This document shows positions 44,549-54,398 of a stretch of DNA of 64,000 nt, one piece after another. The notes under the pieces are model-generated. The model made no database searches, had not been told where the DNA came from, and saw only the letters and a program-made list of their open reading frames with translations. Numbering within the stretch: the stretch's first letter is position 1; each line of letters begins with the position of its first letter. Origin of the DNA: a virus; IMG/VR virus record IMGVR_UViG_3300025015_000011, positions 102,690 to 166,689 of that record. One strand, 5' to 3'. A program made the position numbers and the translations under genes.

Positions 44549-45408
44549 AGTTTATCTCTCTCCTCTACATAAGATTCTATGACTTTTTCCAAATCACTCA
44601 TTAATGTAACTTTGAGACCAGCAGCTTCTTTATGTCCTCCTCCACCAAATTGTTTCAGAAACTGACCATAATCAACACCATTATACTTACCTCTTAGACT
44701 TAAACTTTTTGATGCTGTATTATAAATGAAAACAGTATCTACACCTTGATTGAACTTGAGCAGATAATCACCTATCTCATCTATATTACCTTCACTTGTA
44801 TGAGTCACAATAAGGTAATCAGTCAATTTAACATATTCCAGGTTCTTAATTACATTTTTTAAATATTCATTGTTCTTCTTTATGAATTGCATTTCTTCAT
44901 CATTGAAGGTATCAAACCCATCTTTAAATCTTTCAATGAACTTATCAAAATTATAGTAATAATAAACTCTATTCAGGATTTTAGACAATCCATATTGGTG
45001 TATCCAAAGGTCAAAATCATTACCAAACTTAACCAGATTGCCCATCTTCTTATCAAATTCAATTCCATACTTTCGCGAAAGAAAGGCTCTTGTTAAGAGA
45101 CACCCAGAAAAATTGGTATTATGTAATTGAGATTTTATTATGGATTTCACTTCTCTTGGATGATGGTCAATGAAATGTATGTTACTACTTTCATTTATAA
45201 AATCCTTGAATCTTTCTTCATCTATTGAAATGTCTGTAATAAAGATGTTATCATACTTAACTGAGCTCTTCAAGATATTTTCATCAAACAACTCATTTAT
45301 TTTCGCATAAGTGGTTGCTATTACTTTAATATCAGGAAAGACCTTTCTAAGAAGAATAGCACAGACAGCCCCATCAAGGTCCCGATGCACTAGAGAGAGA
45401 TTCCTCAC
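44521..45408 (-). CDS. DHH-family phosphoesterase
   Basis: HRDLDG, ITDIS, IDHH, DLW, GGGGHKEAAG. Confidence 0.92.
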   Translation of the reverse strand: MRNLSLVHRDLDGAVCAILLRKVFPDIKVIATTYAKINELFDENILKSSVKYDNIFITDISIDEERFKDFINESSNIHFIDHHPREVKSIIKSQLHNTNFSGCLLTRAFLSRKYGIEFDKKMGNLVKFGNDFDLWIHQYGLSKILNRVYYYYNFDKFIERFKDGFDTFNDEEMQFIKKNNEYLKNVIKNLEYVKLTDYLIVTHTSEGNIDEIGDYLLKFNQGVDTVFIYNTASKSLSLRGKYNGVDYGQFLKQFGGGGHKEAAGLKVTLMSDLEKVIESYVEERDKLCQADGLSI

Positions 45409-45623
45409 TTGAATACTCTCTTAAGAGTTTCTTTGAAAGCATAAAAGGTTGCATACAGTAGACAAATAACTACTGTTAATACCACTGCTGATAAAAATAA
45501 TTGTATACCTATCATGAATATTTGCTCAAGCAAGACATGGAAGGTTGCCACAAAGAATATCAAGAAGGAAATTAATCCTATAGTACCTAATACTGATAAA
45601 GAATTTAAAGTTAAAGCTTTCAC
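45405..45623 (-). CDS. Small two-TM membrane protein
   Basis: Two hydrophobic segments. Confidence 0.55.
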   Translation of the reverse strand: MKALTLNSLSVLGTIGLISFLIFFVATFHVLLEQIFMIGIQLFLSAVVLTVVICLLYATFYAFKETLKRVFK

Positions 45624-46024
45624 TTGATTAAATGAAGTCCTTTGGAGTTAGTTGGAATATCTGTAGCTATTTCAATTCCTGAATTTGATACTTCGCTGAA
45701 ATACCAGTCAATCATTTGCTTCTTCAACTGGTCTTCTGAATAAGCATACCTGATGTCTGATTTATCTATATTAACAAATTCAGGCTCATTAATCAAGAAC
45801 ATCTCAGCAAGAGGTAAAGGAAATGGAGCTGAAACAGGTGCCACTTTATTACCATCCTGCATAAGCTGAACCATCACTGGCTTCTTTACATTATAATCAT
45901 TTTCAAACTTATCACAGACTTCACCCATTACAAGTGAACGGTCCTTCATCAAAAATAAATGCACGTTAGCCATAAAATTCCCCAACCCTCCGTTGTTCTT
46001 TTTGTATTTCTTCAAGCCTTGCAT
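45620..46024 (-). CDS. Hypothetical protein (Sm-like fold possible)
   Basis: LVMGEV...VKKP...; C-term SGIEIA. Confidence 0.5.
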   Translation of the reverse strand: MQGLKKYKKNNGGLGNFMANVHLFLMKDRSLVMGEVCDKFENDYNVKKPVMVQLMQDGNKVAPVSAPFPLPLAEMFLINEPEFVNIDKSDIRYAYSEDQLKKQMIDWYFSEVSNSGIEIATDIPTNSKGLHLIK

Positions 46025-46099
46025 TAGTATTAACAGAACTCATAAAACATAAAACAGTTGCAACAATATTCAAAATTGTTAAAATTAAAAGGATATACA

Positions 46100-46309
46100 T
46101 CATTTTCTTATATTATTCCTTTCTCTTTCTATTATTTTAATTACATCTTCTATAGCAATCTTAACTTTAATTAAGGTTTGATAATCACATGATTGAAATA
46201 ATGGTGTATTTAAAATCCTCAGCTCATTATTGACAATCTTTGCATTGTAACAATGGCCGAGTTCTTTTGTCCAATCGATATTAATTACTGCTTCTTTTGA
46301 TTCTACCAT
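46100..46309 (-). CDS. Hypothetical protein
   Basis: ORF track. Confidence 0.45.
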   Translation of the reverse strand: MVESKEAVINIDWTKELGHCYNAKIVNNELRILNTPLFQSCDYQTLIKVKIAIEDVIKIIERERNNIRK

Positions 46310-46364
46310 TCCAATTTTCTCCTTTTTTCAATATTATCTATTATATAATGTTCTTTAGAGAACA

Positions 46365-47720
46365 TCAAGAAAAATCTGAGAAAGAATCTGAAGAACTATC
46401 ATTATTTTTTATAAGAGAGCTCAGCTCTGATAACTCATCTTCTTTTGTTTCATCAATAATAGGACCAGAATTACTTTGTGATAAAAGAATCCTATCATCA
46501 CTGGTTATTATCTCATTGACTTTCAATATTTCTGGGTCAAATTGTGTTTCCATTTTGCCACTTCTTCTGCCAAGTCTATTCTTGACAATTTTCCAAGTAA
46601 TCAGATTCTCTGGTGCTTGAGATTCTACTTGAGTTAAAGCAATAACAAGGTCTGAGTTTTCCATAATACCCATAGAACCTCGAGCATGTTCCAGACCTAC
46701 ATGTTCAGCTCCATATGCTTCTCTTTGAACCTGCGTAGCAGTTAGTACAGCTATATCCATTTCAATTGCAATTTCTCTGAGTTCTTTTGATACCTCAAAA
46801 TAAATTTGATACATATTATCATTTTTACCTTGAGCATTAGGTCTCATCAAGTTGATATAATCAACTACCAGAAAATCTGGTTTGAACTTATCATGAATTT
46901 CAAGTTCTTTTAGATAAGTTCTGATATTGATAGCACATGCCTTAGAAGGAGGATAATCTTTTACATAAGTATTCTTACCTTTATTAGTTTTAAACCAATT
47001 CATAACTCTTTGTTTATTTTGAAGTAAACTAAAGTATGGTATCTGTGTGTTAATACTATCCATTCTTCTTGCAATAGTATCTCTGTCAAGCTCCAAAGAT
47101 AAATAAATACCTTGAAAGCCAGCAGCATTTAAATTACAAGCAAGGTTACAAAGGGCTACTGTTTTACCTAGCCCACTACTACCCAATATAGTGAAAAGTA
47201 TTTTTGTTTTCAGCCCACCATTTGTAAAATAATCCAACATTCGATAACCAGTGGGCATTTGACGGCTATTCTCTTTATATCTTTCAAGTCTTTGTTCAAT
47301 ATCTCTGATATAGTTCAATCCAAGGTCTTTATCAAAGGATACTGCTAAAGCATCTCGGATAAGAGTATCAATGACATTTACATCTTTTTTATCTGCAATA
47401 ATATCTGCAGAAGCCATCACAGCTTCTTTTAATGCTTGTTCTTTTGCCCAGGCTTCAGTTTCTCTGATGAGATAGTCAATATTTTCATTTGGGAAATCTA
47501 TTTCAAACAACTCATCAATTACATCTGTTTTACTATATTGAGTGGATAATGTTTGTTTATCAAATACCGTTACTTTATTTTGTGATAATTTTTCAAGAAC
47601 TTGAAATACTCTACTGTAATCATCACCATCAAAATAAAGAGACTTGAGATAAGGGAAAGTTTTATCTCGAAAATAAACATTTTTAATTAAGGTGGATAGT
47701 ATAAGATTTTCTTTTATCAT
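46365..47720 (-). CDS. gp41: Replicative helicase
   Basis: GSSGLGKT Walker A, LVVDYINLM, LTATQVQR, KNRLG. Confidence 0.95.
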   Translation of the reverse strand: MIKENLILSTLIKNVYFRDKTFPYLKSLYFDGDDYSRVFQVLEKLSQNKVTVFDKQTLSTQYSKTDVIDELFEIDFPNENIDYLIRETEAWAKEQALKEAVMASADIIADKKDVNVIDTLIRDALAVSFDKDLGLNYIRDIEQRLERYKENSRQMPTGYRMLDYFTNGGLKTKILFTILGSSGLGKTVALCNLACNLNAAGFQGIYLSLELDRDTIARRMDSINTQIPYFSLLQNKQRVMNWFKTNKGKNTYVKDYPPSKACAINIRTYLKELEIHDKFKPDFLVVDYINLMRPNAQGKNDNMYQIYFEVSKELREIAIEMDIAVLTATQVQREAYGAEHVGLEHARGSMGIMENSDLVIALTQVESQAPENLITWKIVKNRLGRRSGKMETQFDPEILKVNEIITSDDRILLSQSNSGPIIDETKEDELSELSSLIKNNDSSSDSFSDFS

Positions 47721-47760
47721 TCAGTCATTATATAGGAACTTGGATTTTTAAACAAGTATA

Positions 47761-48195
47761 TTACTTAGAACAAACTATGAATCTATCATCAAAATACTTT
47801 TCAAGAATAGGTTTCACAACATCCCAGCTTAATTGACCATTACCACAACCAGGCCTGGGTAGGACTATCTTTTTATAAGTTGTACAGTCAATCCATTCCT
47901 TTAATTCTTTACATGATTGTTCTATGAGGTCAATATCTGATTTCTCCCACCAATTATGTTTAGTGGGAAATGAAACTATTTTAGGCTTAGAAAAATTAAT
48001 CAGAACTGTGGGATAATTGCCTACCCCAATAATAACTTCGCCTAGAATCTGGTCAATACCTTTATATTTCTTTTTAGCTTCAAGAGCGCATCCTTTACCC
48101 ATAACTGCTCTACCATTAGCTTTGACAGTTCCATTAGTTGTTATGAGTATGATATCTGCTTCTTGGTCCCAAATATTACCTTTGAGTTCTATCAC
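47761..48195 (-). CDS. Macrodomain (ADP-ribose binding/hydrolase) protein
   Basis: GNIW, ITTNG, VMGKGCA, SFPTK.NW, LPRPGCGNGQLSW. Confidence 0.9.
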   Translation of the reverse strand: MIELKGNIWDQEADIILITTNGTVKANGRAVMGKGCALEAKKKYKGIDQILGEVIIGVGNYPTVLINFSKPKIVSFPTKHNWWEKSDIDLIEQSCKELKEWIDCTTYKKIVLPRPGCGNGQLSWDVVKPILEKYFDDRFIVCSK

Positions 48196-48374
48196 TTAAT
48201 TATCCTTGAAGTATATGAGTTTGATACTTCCCAACAAGGAGAAACATGCCGCATACTACTTGCTATCGTTATACAAGTATCACTAGACATGAATGGACTC
48301 ACTATCATAGGTCCATTACTTCCATAATACCAAAAATACCAAACAAAAGATAAACTGAGTAATATTTTCTTCAT
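48192..48374 (-). CDS. Small hypothetical secreted protein
   Basis: ORF track; hydrophobic N-terminus. Confidence 0.45.
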   Translation of the reverse strand: MKKILLSLSFVWYFWYYGSNGPMIVSPFMSSDTCITIASSMRHVSPCWEVSNSYTSRIIK

Positions 48375-49069
48375 CCTTTAATCACCAAATCATCAAAAAG
48401 TACTGGTATCATTTTCTTCACATCTTCAAGTAGAGGTATCATCAGTTCTTTCATTTGTGAATGAGCAGCACCTGTTTTATCAATAGCTCTAAGATTGAAT
48501 ATATGACGCCATTCCCTAATATTAGCAGTTACAAATATTTCTGTCTTGAGAGAATTAGGTAGTACTGAACGAGCTTGACCAGGAATCCATCCTTCTTTCC
48601 TTAACCTCTTATACAACAATTCATCTTTAGCTACAGACAAAAACCAACAGTAATCACCACAACTAAACGGGCTCTTATTTATTTGCATATTAAGTATAGT
48701 TTCCTCGCTATACTCTCCTTCTTTAATATCAACCCAATGAGGAATTATAAAAGTTACATGACCAGCATCGTAATCGCAATATCTAGTAGATTCCTGACAG
48801 AATGAAGCAATTCTATGACGGACTAGTTCATGTGATATTCCACGGTCACACACAAACTTAACTGTTAATTTCTCATGCTCAAGAACAGCCTCATGCCCTC
48901 TTGAAATAATACCCTTTACAAACTTCTTAGTCTTTTCAAAATCAAGGTTAGGATTCTTATCCTCTGACTTATAACAAACACGACCAGCTCTTTCGATCGA
49001 CTGAAGTATATCTATTGCACAAATATTACCTTGTATCTGATATGATGGTTTGACCAATCTCATTTCCAA
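48371..49069 (-). CDS. thyX: Flavin-dependent thymidylate synthase
   Basis: GHEAVLEH, SHELVRHRIASFCQESTRY, ARSVLPN. Confidence 0.96.
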   Translation of the reverse strand: MEMRLVKPSYQIQGNICAIDILQSIERAGRVCYKSEDKNPNLDFEKTKKFVKGIISRGHEAVLEHEKLTVKFVCDRGISHELVRHRIASFCQESTRYCDYDAGHVTFIIPHWVDIKEGEYSEETILNMQINKSPFSCGDYCWFLSVAKDELLYKRLRKEGWIPGQARSVLPNSLKTEIFVTANIREWRHIFNLRAIDKTGAAHSQMKELMIPLLEDVKKMIPVLFDDLVIKG

Positions 49070-49302
49070 TCACCTCTTTCTTTATTTATTTCATCAGTAA
49101 ATTCTTTTATGACTTGATTTAGCTCATCAACTAAAACTCTTGTTACTGCTTTAACTTGTTCAGATTCTATCTTTGGAATAGATTGAGCTAAATATCTAGC
49201 GTCTTTAAGTGTCATAGCTTTTTGCGCTAACTTTTCAGATGCATATAAAGTATTTGCTCTTTCTAAAACAGAATTATAATTAATCCTTTTCATCTTCACC
49301 AA
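49060..49302 (-). CDS. Hypothetical protein
   Basis: ORF track. Confidence 0.5.
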   Translation of the reverse strand: MVKMKRINYNSVLERANTLYASEKLAQKAMTLKDARYLAQSIPKIESEQVKAVTRVLVDELNQVIKEFTDEINKERGDWK

Positions 49303-49305
49303 CTT

Positions 49306-49755
49306 TTATAGTAAATAACTTAAATAGTCAATTGCATCATCCATTGAAGGAATAATCTTAGCAGCTATGGCGTTAACCCAAGGGTGGTAAATTACTGCTG
49401 GGTTAGTTGAAACAACTATTATCATTTTCTGTCTCTGCCAAGCATACATAATTTCACATGAAGAACCTATACTTGGAGCTTTCATTTCCATGAGAAGAAT
49501 ATCAGCTCTAGTTATATCATTCAAGTCCCTTGCCATAATTTCATTAGGGGTAAAATTCCCAGAAGCATATATCATTTCAGTAGTAGTGTCACCACCAACT
49601 ACAAGGTTAGAAGCCTTACCTCTCAGTGGGTCAAGGACTGTAAAAACATCAGGATAAGTTTCATAAATCTTATTCTTAACTTTCAGTCTTTCATGATAAA
49701 GATTAAAGACATTCTGAGCAGCAAAAGTCCCACCAAAATAGATAACCCTTTTCAT
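49306..49755 (-). CDS. Nucleoside 2-deoxyribosyltransferase-like protein
   Basis: IYFGG, LDPLRGK, RDLNDITRADILL, SIGSSCEIMYA. Confidence 0.8.
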   Translation of the reverse strand: MKRVIYFGGTFAAQNVFNLYHERLKVKNKIYETYPDVFTVLDPLRGKASNLVVGGDTTTEMIYASGNFTPNEIMARDLNDITRADILLMEMKAPSIGSSCEIMYAWQRQKMIIVVSTNPAVIYHPWVNAIAAKIIPSMDDAIDYLSYLL

Positions 49756-50366
49756 ACTAATTCTCCATTAATCCTGTTAGTAAGTTGTAATTGCCCTTCT
49801 TTACTTTGTATAAATTTTACCAAGTTATTTATACGGACAAATAAACTTTCTAATGTTCCATCATTCATTAAAACAAAATCAGCCTTAATATCATCTACTG
49901 CCACTTCAGATATATGATTGCTTGTTTTAATATAGGACTGGTCTGGTCTGATTATCCTTATTATAATTCCAGTCTGACCTTTTACAAAATCTACTTCATT
50001 TGGAAATCTAACATCTGATATAACTAATCCCTTCCTTGTACGAACTGCGCTGCTTTTCAAAACATTATAAAGAGCATCTACCCAATAATTTTGATATATT
50101 GTTCTATACCATTCAGTTCCCATTATCTGAAGTATTTGTCTTGCTGACTTCATATACTTTGGTATTAGTTTTTCTTTTTCTTCACCATGTACTTGTTCAT
50201 AAGTCAAACCAAAATCATCCATTGCTTTCCTTTTTAGTTCATCTGCAAAGGCTACTCTTGTTATTCCATAATTGGTTTGAAGATAATTAGCAACAGTATC
50301 TTTACCACATCCAGCTTTACCAATTAATCCTATAAATGGTTTAATGTTTAACATTCTGACTCCCAC
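49752..50366 (-). CDS. gp1: Deoxynucleoside monophosphate kinase
   Basis: GKAGCGKDT, FADELK, RQILQIMGTE, ISDVRFPNE. Confidence 0.92.
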   Translation of the reverse strand: MGVRMLNIKPFIGLIGKAGCGKDTVANYLQTNYGITRVAFADELKRKAMDDFGLTYEQVHGEEKEKLIPKYMKSARQILQIMGTEWYRTIYQNYWVDALYNVLKSSAVRTRKGLVISDVRFPNEVDFVKGQTGIIIRIIRPDQSYIKTSNHISEVAVDDIKADFVLMNDGTLESLFVRINNLVKFIQSKEGQLQLTNRINGELV

Positions 50367-50602
50367 TTAGTTCTTACTGTTTGAATATACGGAGCCAGAA
50401 AATTTCCTATTATTAATGTACCATTAATATTTTTATCATAGTCTATTATTAATGGTGTTGGTATTGACATATTAGCTATTACAGAAATATCTTTACCAAT
50501 AAGAAATCTAATTAAAGTTTGTCTGATAGATACAAACTTTCTAATAAAATAACTCTTTCTTTCCAATAATCGAAGTGGGAAAACAATAATTGCAGCTTGC
50601 AT
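50348..50602 (-). CDS. Hypothetical protein
   Basis: GGAGG RBS. Confidence 0.5.
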   Translation of the reverse strand: MQAAIIVFPLRLLERKSYFIRKFVSIRQTLIRFLIGKDISVIANMSIPTPLIIDYDKNINGTLIIGNFLAPYIQTVRTKWESEC

Positions 50603-50790
50603 TATTCCTCCTTTTTATTTATTATATCAGTTTCTTTTATTTCTAAATGACTGCCTTTCCAAACATGCTTAAATGTTGACTGTCCCGGAGAGATTCTTTC
50701 AGTATGTTGATATTTTCCATCAATATAACTATCAATATCAATTGATTTTTGTTCATTCTCTGGGACTGAAATGTCTATTCTAATTGTCAT
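50602..50790 (-). CDS. Hypothetical protein
   Basis: ORF track. Confidence 0.5.
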   Translation of the reverse strand: MTIRIDISVPENEQKSIDIDSYIDGKYQHTERISPGQSTFKHVWKGSHLEIKETDIINKKEE

Positions 50791-51013
50791 TTTTGCCTTC
50801 CTCTTTCAATTCTGATAATCTAACAGCTTCATATATCATCGCAAATATCAAGTCATTTAAAGGATTGCCACAGCCTGGGTGTAGAATCATTATCTCTTTA
50901 ATATCTTGTGTTTTAGCTTGAAAATTACATAGTGGTCCAGAATTAAATTTAATAGAAATATCAAATATACCATTTTTAGTTTGTATAATTTCGTTAGTAT
51001 CTAAATTCATCAT
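50780..51013 (-). CDS. Hypothetical protein
   Basis: ORF track. Confidence 0.5.
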   Translation of the reverse strand: MMNLDTNEIIQTKNGIFDISIKFNSGPLCNFQAKTQDIKEIMILHPGCGNPLNDLIFAMIYEAVRLSELKEEGKNDN

Positions 51014-52095
51014 TCATCTCCTTTTCTTTTACCATGACTCATATTACCATCTATCTCTCCAACTATATCTTCTATTGGTTCTTCAATAATAATCTCTGTA
51101 CTATACTTATTCTTCTCGGTTAAATACTTATTCAAATCATCAATAATAGGCCCAAAGAATTCTTCTTTATAGATATTCTTTTCCCATTCCAGCTTATCTC
51201 TCTTAACTGTTTTAAATCTCTTACCATCTTTTATAACAAGGCCTGCTTCAAGTGCATCTTCTAATAGACCATAATAAGTATCAAGGCCAGTTTTAAAATC
51301 AATTAAAACTGCCCCTGACATAAAAGGTGGTGCAATTCTATTTTTTCTAGTTTTGGCTTTGAGAATAGTACCAATAACTTGTTTATCTTCATCTTTAACC
51401 ATTGACTTTTTTAGCCCTACAATAATATGAGCATTATAAGTCAGGCCTTCACCACCTGACATCTTTTCCTCAGCATATGGATTGACTGGGTCTGCATAAG
51501 TATGATTTATAACAACAAATGGTATTTTCAGCTTTCCTATTTTATCACCAAGAACTCTAAATAAATCTCTTGATACTTTTGCTCTCTGTCCCATATCAGA
51601 TACTGCCTTACCATTAGTAGCATCATCAAGAGATTTTTGAGAAGCAAGATTACCTAATGAATCCAATACAATCATTATCTTCTTACCTTTATATTTCTCG
51701 CTATATATTTCAATAAGCTTAAAACATTGAAGTTTAAATTCTTCAATTGTAGCCACTGGGAGTTTTATTACTTGAGAAGTGTCAACTCCAAAATTTGCTA
51801 AGAAGGAATGGTCTGTTGAGAACTCCGAATCAAACCAAATTGGTGTGTAACCCTTCTTAATTGCATTAGCTACTATTTTAGCAGCAACAAGACTTTTACC
51901 TGTACCAGAAAGGCCCACAAGCGCAGTTATTCTACCAGCAGGTATACCTTTATTAAAAGAACCTGATATAACTGAATCTAATACAAGAGACCCAGTTGAT
52001 ATATAATCATCAATATTACTTAATGTATCTTTATCAAGTATAGAAGCGAACTCATTAATCTTTTGAATATCCTTTATAAAATCTTTTGCTATCAT
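51010..52095 (-). CDS. uvsX: RecA-like recombinase
   Basis: ISTGS, GLSGTGKS, FDSE, VLDSLGNL, DMGQRAK, INHTY, SGG. Confidence 0.95.
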   Translation of the reverse strand: MIAKDFIKDIQKINEFASILDKDTLSNIDDYISTGSLVLDSVISGSFNKGIPAGRITALVGLSGTGKSLVAAKIVANAIKKGYTPIWFDSEFSTDHSFLANFGVDTSQVIKLPVATIEEFKLQCFKLIEIYSEKYKGKKIMIVLDSLGNLASQKSLDDATNGKAVSDMGQRAKVSRDLFRVLGDKIGKLKIPFVVINHTYADPVNPYAEEKMSGGEGLTYNAHIIVGLKKSMVKDEDKQVIGTILKAKTRKNRIAPPFMSGAVLIDFKTGLDTYYGLLEDALEAGLVIKDGKRFKTVKRDKLEWEKNIYKEEFFGPIIDDLNKYLTEKNKYSTEIIIEEPIEDIVGEIDGNMSHGKRKGDE

Positions 52096-52361
52096 TCTTC
52101 CTCCGAGACTAGTTCATATGTTACTGAAAATATATCTGGCTTACATGGATATTTCTCACCTTTAACACCTGTAATAATCCAATCACCAGGAGAACAAACA
52201 AATGTACCTTCAAGAGTTTGAATTAAACCATATTCTGCAGTTACTGGTTCATCATTCAAATAAGATTTACTAATGAAAGGACCTTTAACACCATCAACTG
52301 TTTTATCAGGAAACCATTGTTCTGCTTCAATCACTACAGGCTTCTTTCTATATTTAGCCAT
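52092..52361 (-). CDS. Conserved phage protein (RKKPVVIEA / PGDW family)
   Basis: KYRKKPVVIEAEQW...TLEG...GDWIITGVKGE.YPCKPDIF. Confidence 0.8.
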   Translation of the reverse strand: MAKYRKKPVVIEAEQWFPDKTVDGVKGPFISKSYLNDEPVTAEYGLIQTLEGTFVCSPGDWIITGVKGEKYPCKPDIFSVTYELVSEEE

Positions 52362-52647
52362 TTAATAATTTATCCTTTTCTTGTTTGCTTTCTGCTTCTA
52401 ATAATAACATCAATTCTTTTTTAGCATTTTCAATTTTATTGAATGATTCTGAACTGTGATATTTTTCGTGACAATGAGAACATTTATATACTTTACAATT
52501 ATGAACTAAAACTTGCCTGCCTTTATATTCAACTGGTTCTGTTATTAAAGAACCTTGATAATTACCTTTATTGCAAATCAAACATAAAGTTCCTTCATTG
52601 ATAGCATCCATATTATGGTTTGCCTTCCTCACCAAAATAAACATCAT
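52354..52647 (-). CDS. YgiT/MqsA-type zinc-finger protein
   Basis: CLIC...YKG...V....YKCSHCHE.Y. Confidence 0.7.
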   Translation of the reverse strand: MMFILVRKANHNMDAINEGTLCLICNKGNYQGSLITEPVEYKGRQVLVHNCKVYKCSHCHEKYHSSESFNKIENAKKELMLLLEAESKQEKDKLLNG

Positions 52648-53176
52648 TCCTTCTTAGGACTTTTTCAAGATCTTCCTGTTTTAATGGAGTATTTAATCCA
52701 GGATATGGAATAGGACCATAAGCTTTATCAGTACTTCCCCAACCACCAGTTCTTTCCTTTTCAACTACTTCTTCAAATGTATGATAAGATTCAAGGATAG
52801 CTTGACAAATAGCTTGACCATTCTCTATTACCAATGGTTCAGTATCTTTATTCCTCAGAGCAATAAATATATGACCTTCATTATCAGGATTATTAAAATA
52901 GTCCTTGTCGATAATCCCAACTGTATTAGGAAGTTCTACATTATTTTTAATACCAAAAGAAGACCTGAGATAAATTTTCAATACCATATTTTCAGGAAAT
53001 TTGCATTTCAGACCTGTTGGTATCTTTGCAATACAGCCAGGTGAGATTATAACCTTACAAGGAACATGAAGGTCATAACCAGCTGAGAACTTTGTTTTTC
53101 TGGTAGGTAGGGTTATATCTTGAGGGACTAACCCAAATTCTGCTAATCTTTCATTGCTTACTCTTTCAAATGCCAT
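52613..53176 (-). CDS. dut: dUTPase
   Basis: SAGYDL, IPTG, RSS, GIIDKDY, RTGGWGST. Confidence 0.95.
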   Translation of the reverse strand: MAFERVSNERLAEFGLVPQDITLPTRKTKFSAGYDLHVPCKVIISPGCIAKIPTGLKCKFPENMVLKIYLRSSFGIKNNVELPNTVGIIDKDYFNNPDNEGHIFIALRNKDTEPLVIENGQAICQAILESYHTFEEVVEKERTGGWGSTDKAYGPIPYPGLNTPLKQEDLEKVLRRNDVYFGEEGKP

Positions 53177-53431
53177 TCTTATATCATATTATCTCCTTAA
53201 GAATTTTTACTTTATTCACTTCTTCCATTTCACCCATTATCCTCTATACATTTTTCTACTCTTCTTCCTAAATAATTTCTATATAAAAAATATCTCTTCA
53301 AACATGAATATGCTGTATACTTCTCATCACTGTCGTCTATACATAAGAATCTACACCCACTACATAACTCTCGATTCTGTAAATCAAAAACTAGTATAGT
53401 CATGCCCGGCTCCTTTCAATCTGATTTGAAT

Positions 53432-53460
53432 ATAATAAAACATCTTCACCTAATTGTCAA
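53432..53460 (-). promoter_or_regulatory. Sigma70-type promoter
   Basis: TTGACA-17 bp-TATTAT. Confidence 0.55.
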
Positions 53461-53468
53461 GTATAGTT

Positions 53469-54398
53469 CTAGAAAAAATCTGAAATATCTTGAGTATCAA
53501 GGGAAAATTTCCAACCCATTGCTTTTGCTATATTCTCAATAGGAGATAAGAAAGACTTCTCAAATTGAAGGTCATAGTCAATATACTTATCAAATCCAAA
53601 TTCCTTTGGAAGCTCATCTTTAAATCCTATAATGTTTTCCTTTAAAGGATTATCTGCTCTGATATAAATAAACTTTATCTTATCACCATCTCTAATCTTT
53701 TCATATTTATTTTCAAGTTTATGAAGAACTAATAATTTATTATAAATAGAAGCAGCTCTGACATGGATAGGACAGCCCTTCCCTGCATTGCCATTCTTAT
53801 CAATATATTTCTCTAAGTCATTAACTCCCCTTGGGAATGCTATATCACTTATCAATTGCTTTTCAAAATCCTTTTTAAGTAATTTCACTCTTTCAGTTGT
53901 TTTGGTTAGACTATTCTCAATAAAAATATCCTCAACTACTTCTTTGAGTTTAGTCCTACAATAACCAGGGGTGGAACTCCTGACAATTTCAATTCCTTTG
54001 ACTTTCAACTTTGGTTTCTCAAGTGTTATTCCTTCTTCATCTATGACATATAAAGCATATTTCTTTTTCTGTATAAAAATAGAACCTATTGTTATAACTT
54101 CTCTTTTTAAGTCAAAATAATTTTTATCTATACCATGTAGATTTTTACTGAAATAAACAAAGTTTTCTTCAAGATACAGTGATAGATACTTTTCATTAAA
54201 TGTATTAACAAAATCAATATATTTTTTATTATCTGATATTTTTAATTTATTGAGAACTCTTGTGAAGTCAACATAGACCGAATTATGAACTAAAATATCA
54301 TTAGCAAAAAAATTGTGATTATCTTCCACTTCAATGTCATATACATCTATTTCTTGTTCACCCAAACAAGAAACTTCAAAATTTTCAATAAATTCCAT
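53469..54398 (-). CDS. gp43: DNA polymerase B C-terminal fragment with N-terminal split-intein IntC (39 aa)
   Basis: VYDIEVEDNHNFFANDILVHN|SVY intein blocks F/G; then KKKYAL, KVKGIEIVRSSTP, PIHVRA, YIDYDLQFEKSF. Confidence 0.95.
   Translation of the reverse strand: MEFIENFEVSCLGEQEIDVYDIEVEDNHNFFANDILVHNSVYVDFTRVLNKLKISDNKKYIDFVNTFNEKYLSLYLEENFVYFSKNLHGIDKNYFDLKREVITIGSIFIQKKKYALYVIDEEGITLEKPKLKVKGIEIVRSSTPGYCRTKLKEVVEDIFIENSLTKTTERVKLLKKDFEKQLISDIAFPRGVNDLEKYIDKNGNAGKGCPIHVRAASIYNKLLVLHKLENKYEKIRDGDKIKFIYIRADNPLKENIIGFKDELPKEFGFDKYIDYDLQFEKSFLSPIENIAKAMGWKFSLDTQDISDFF
54282..54398 (-). mobile_element. Split intein C-half
   Basis: Ends His-Asn, followed by Ser+1. Confidence 0.9.
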
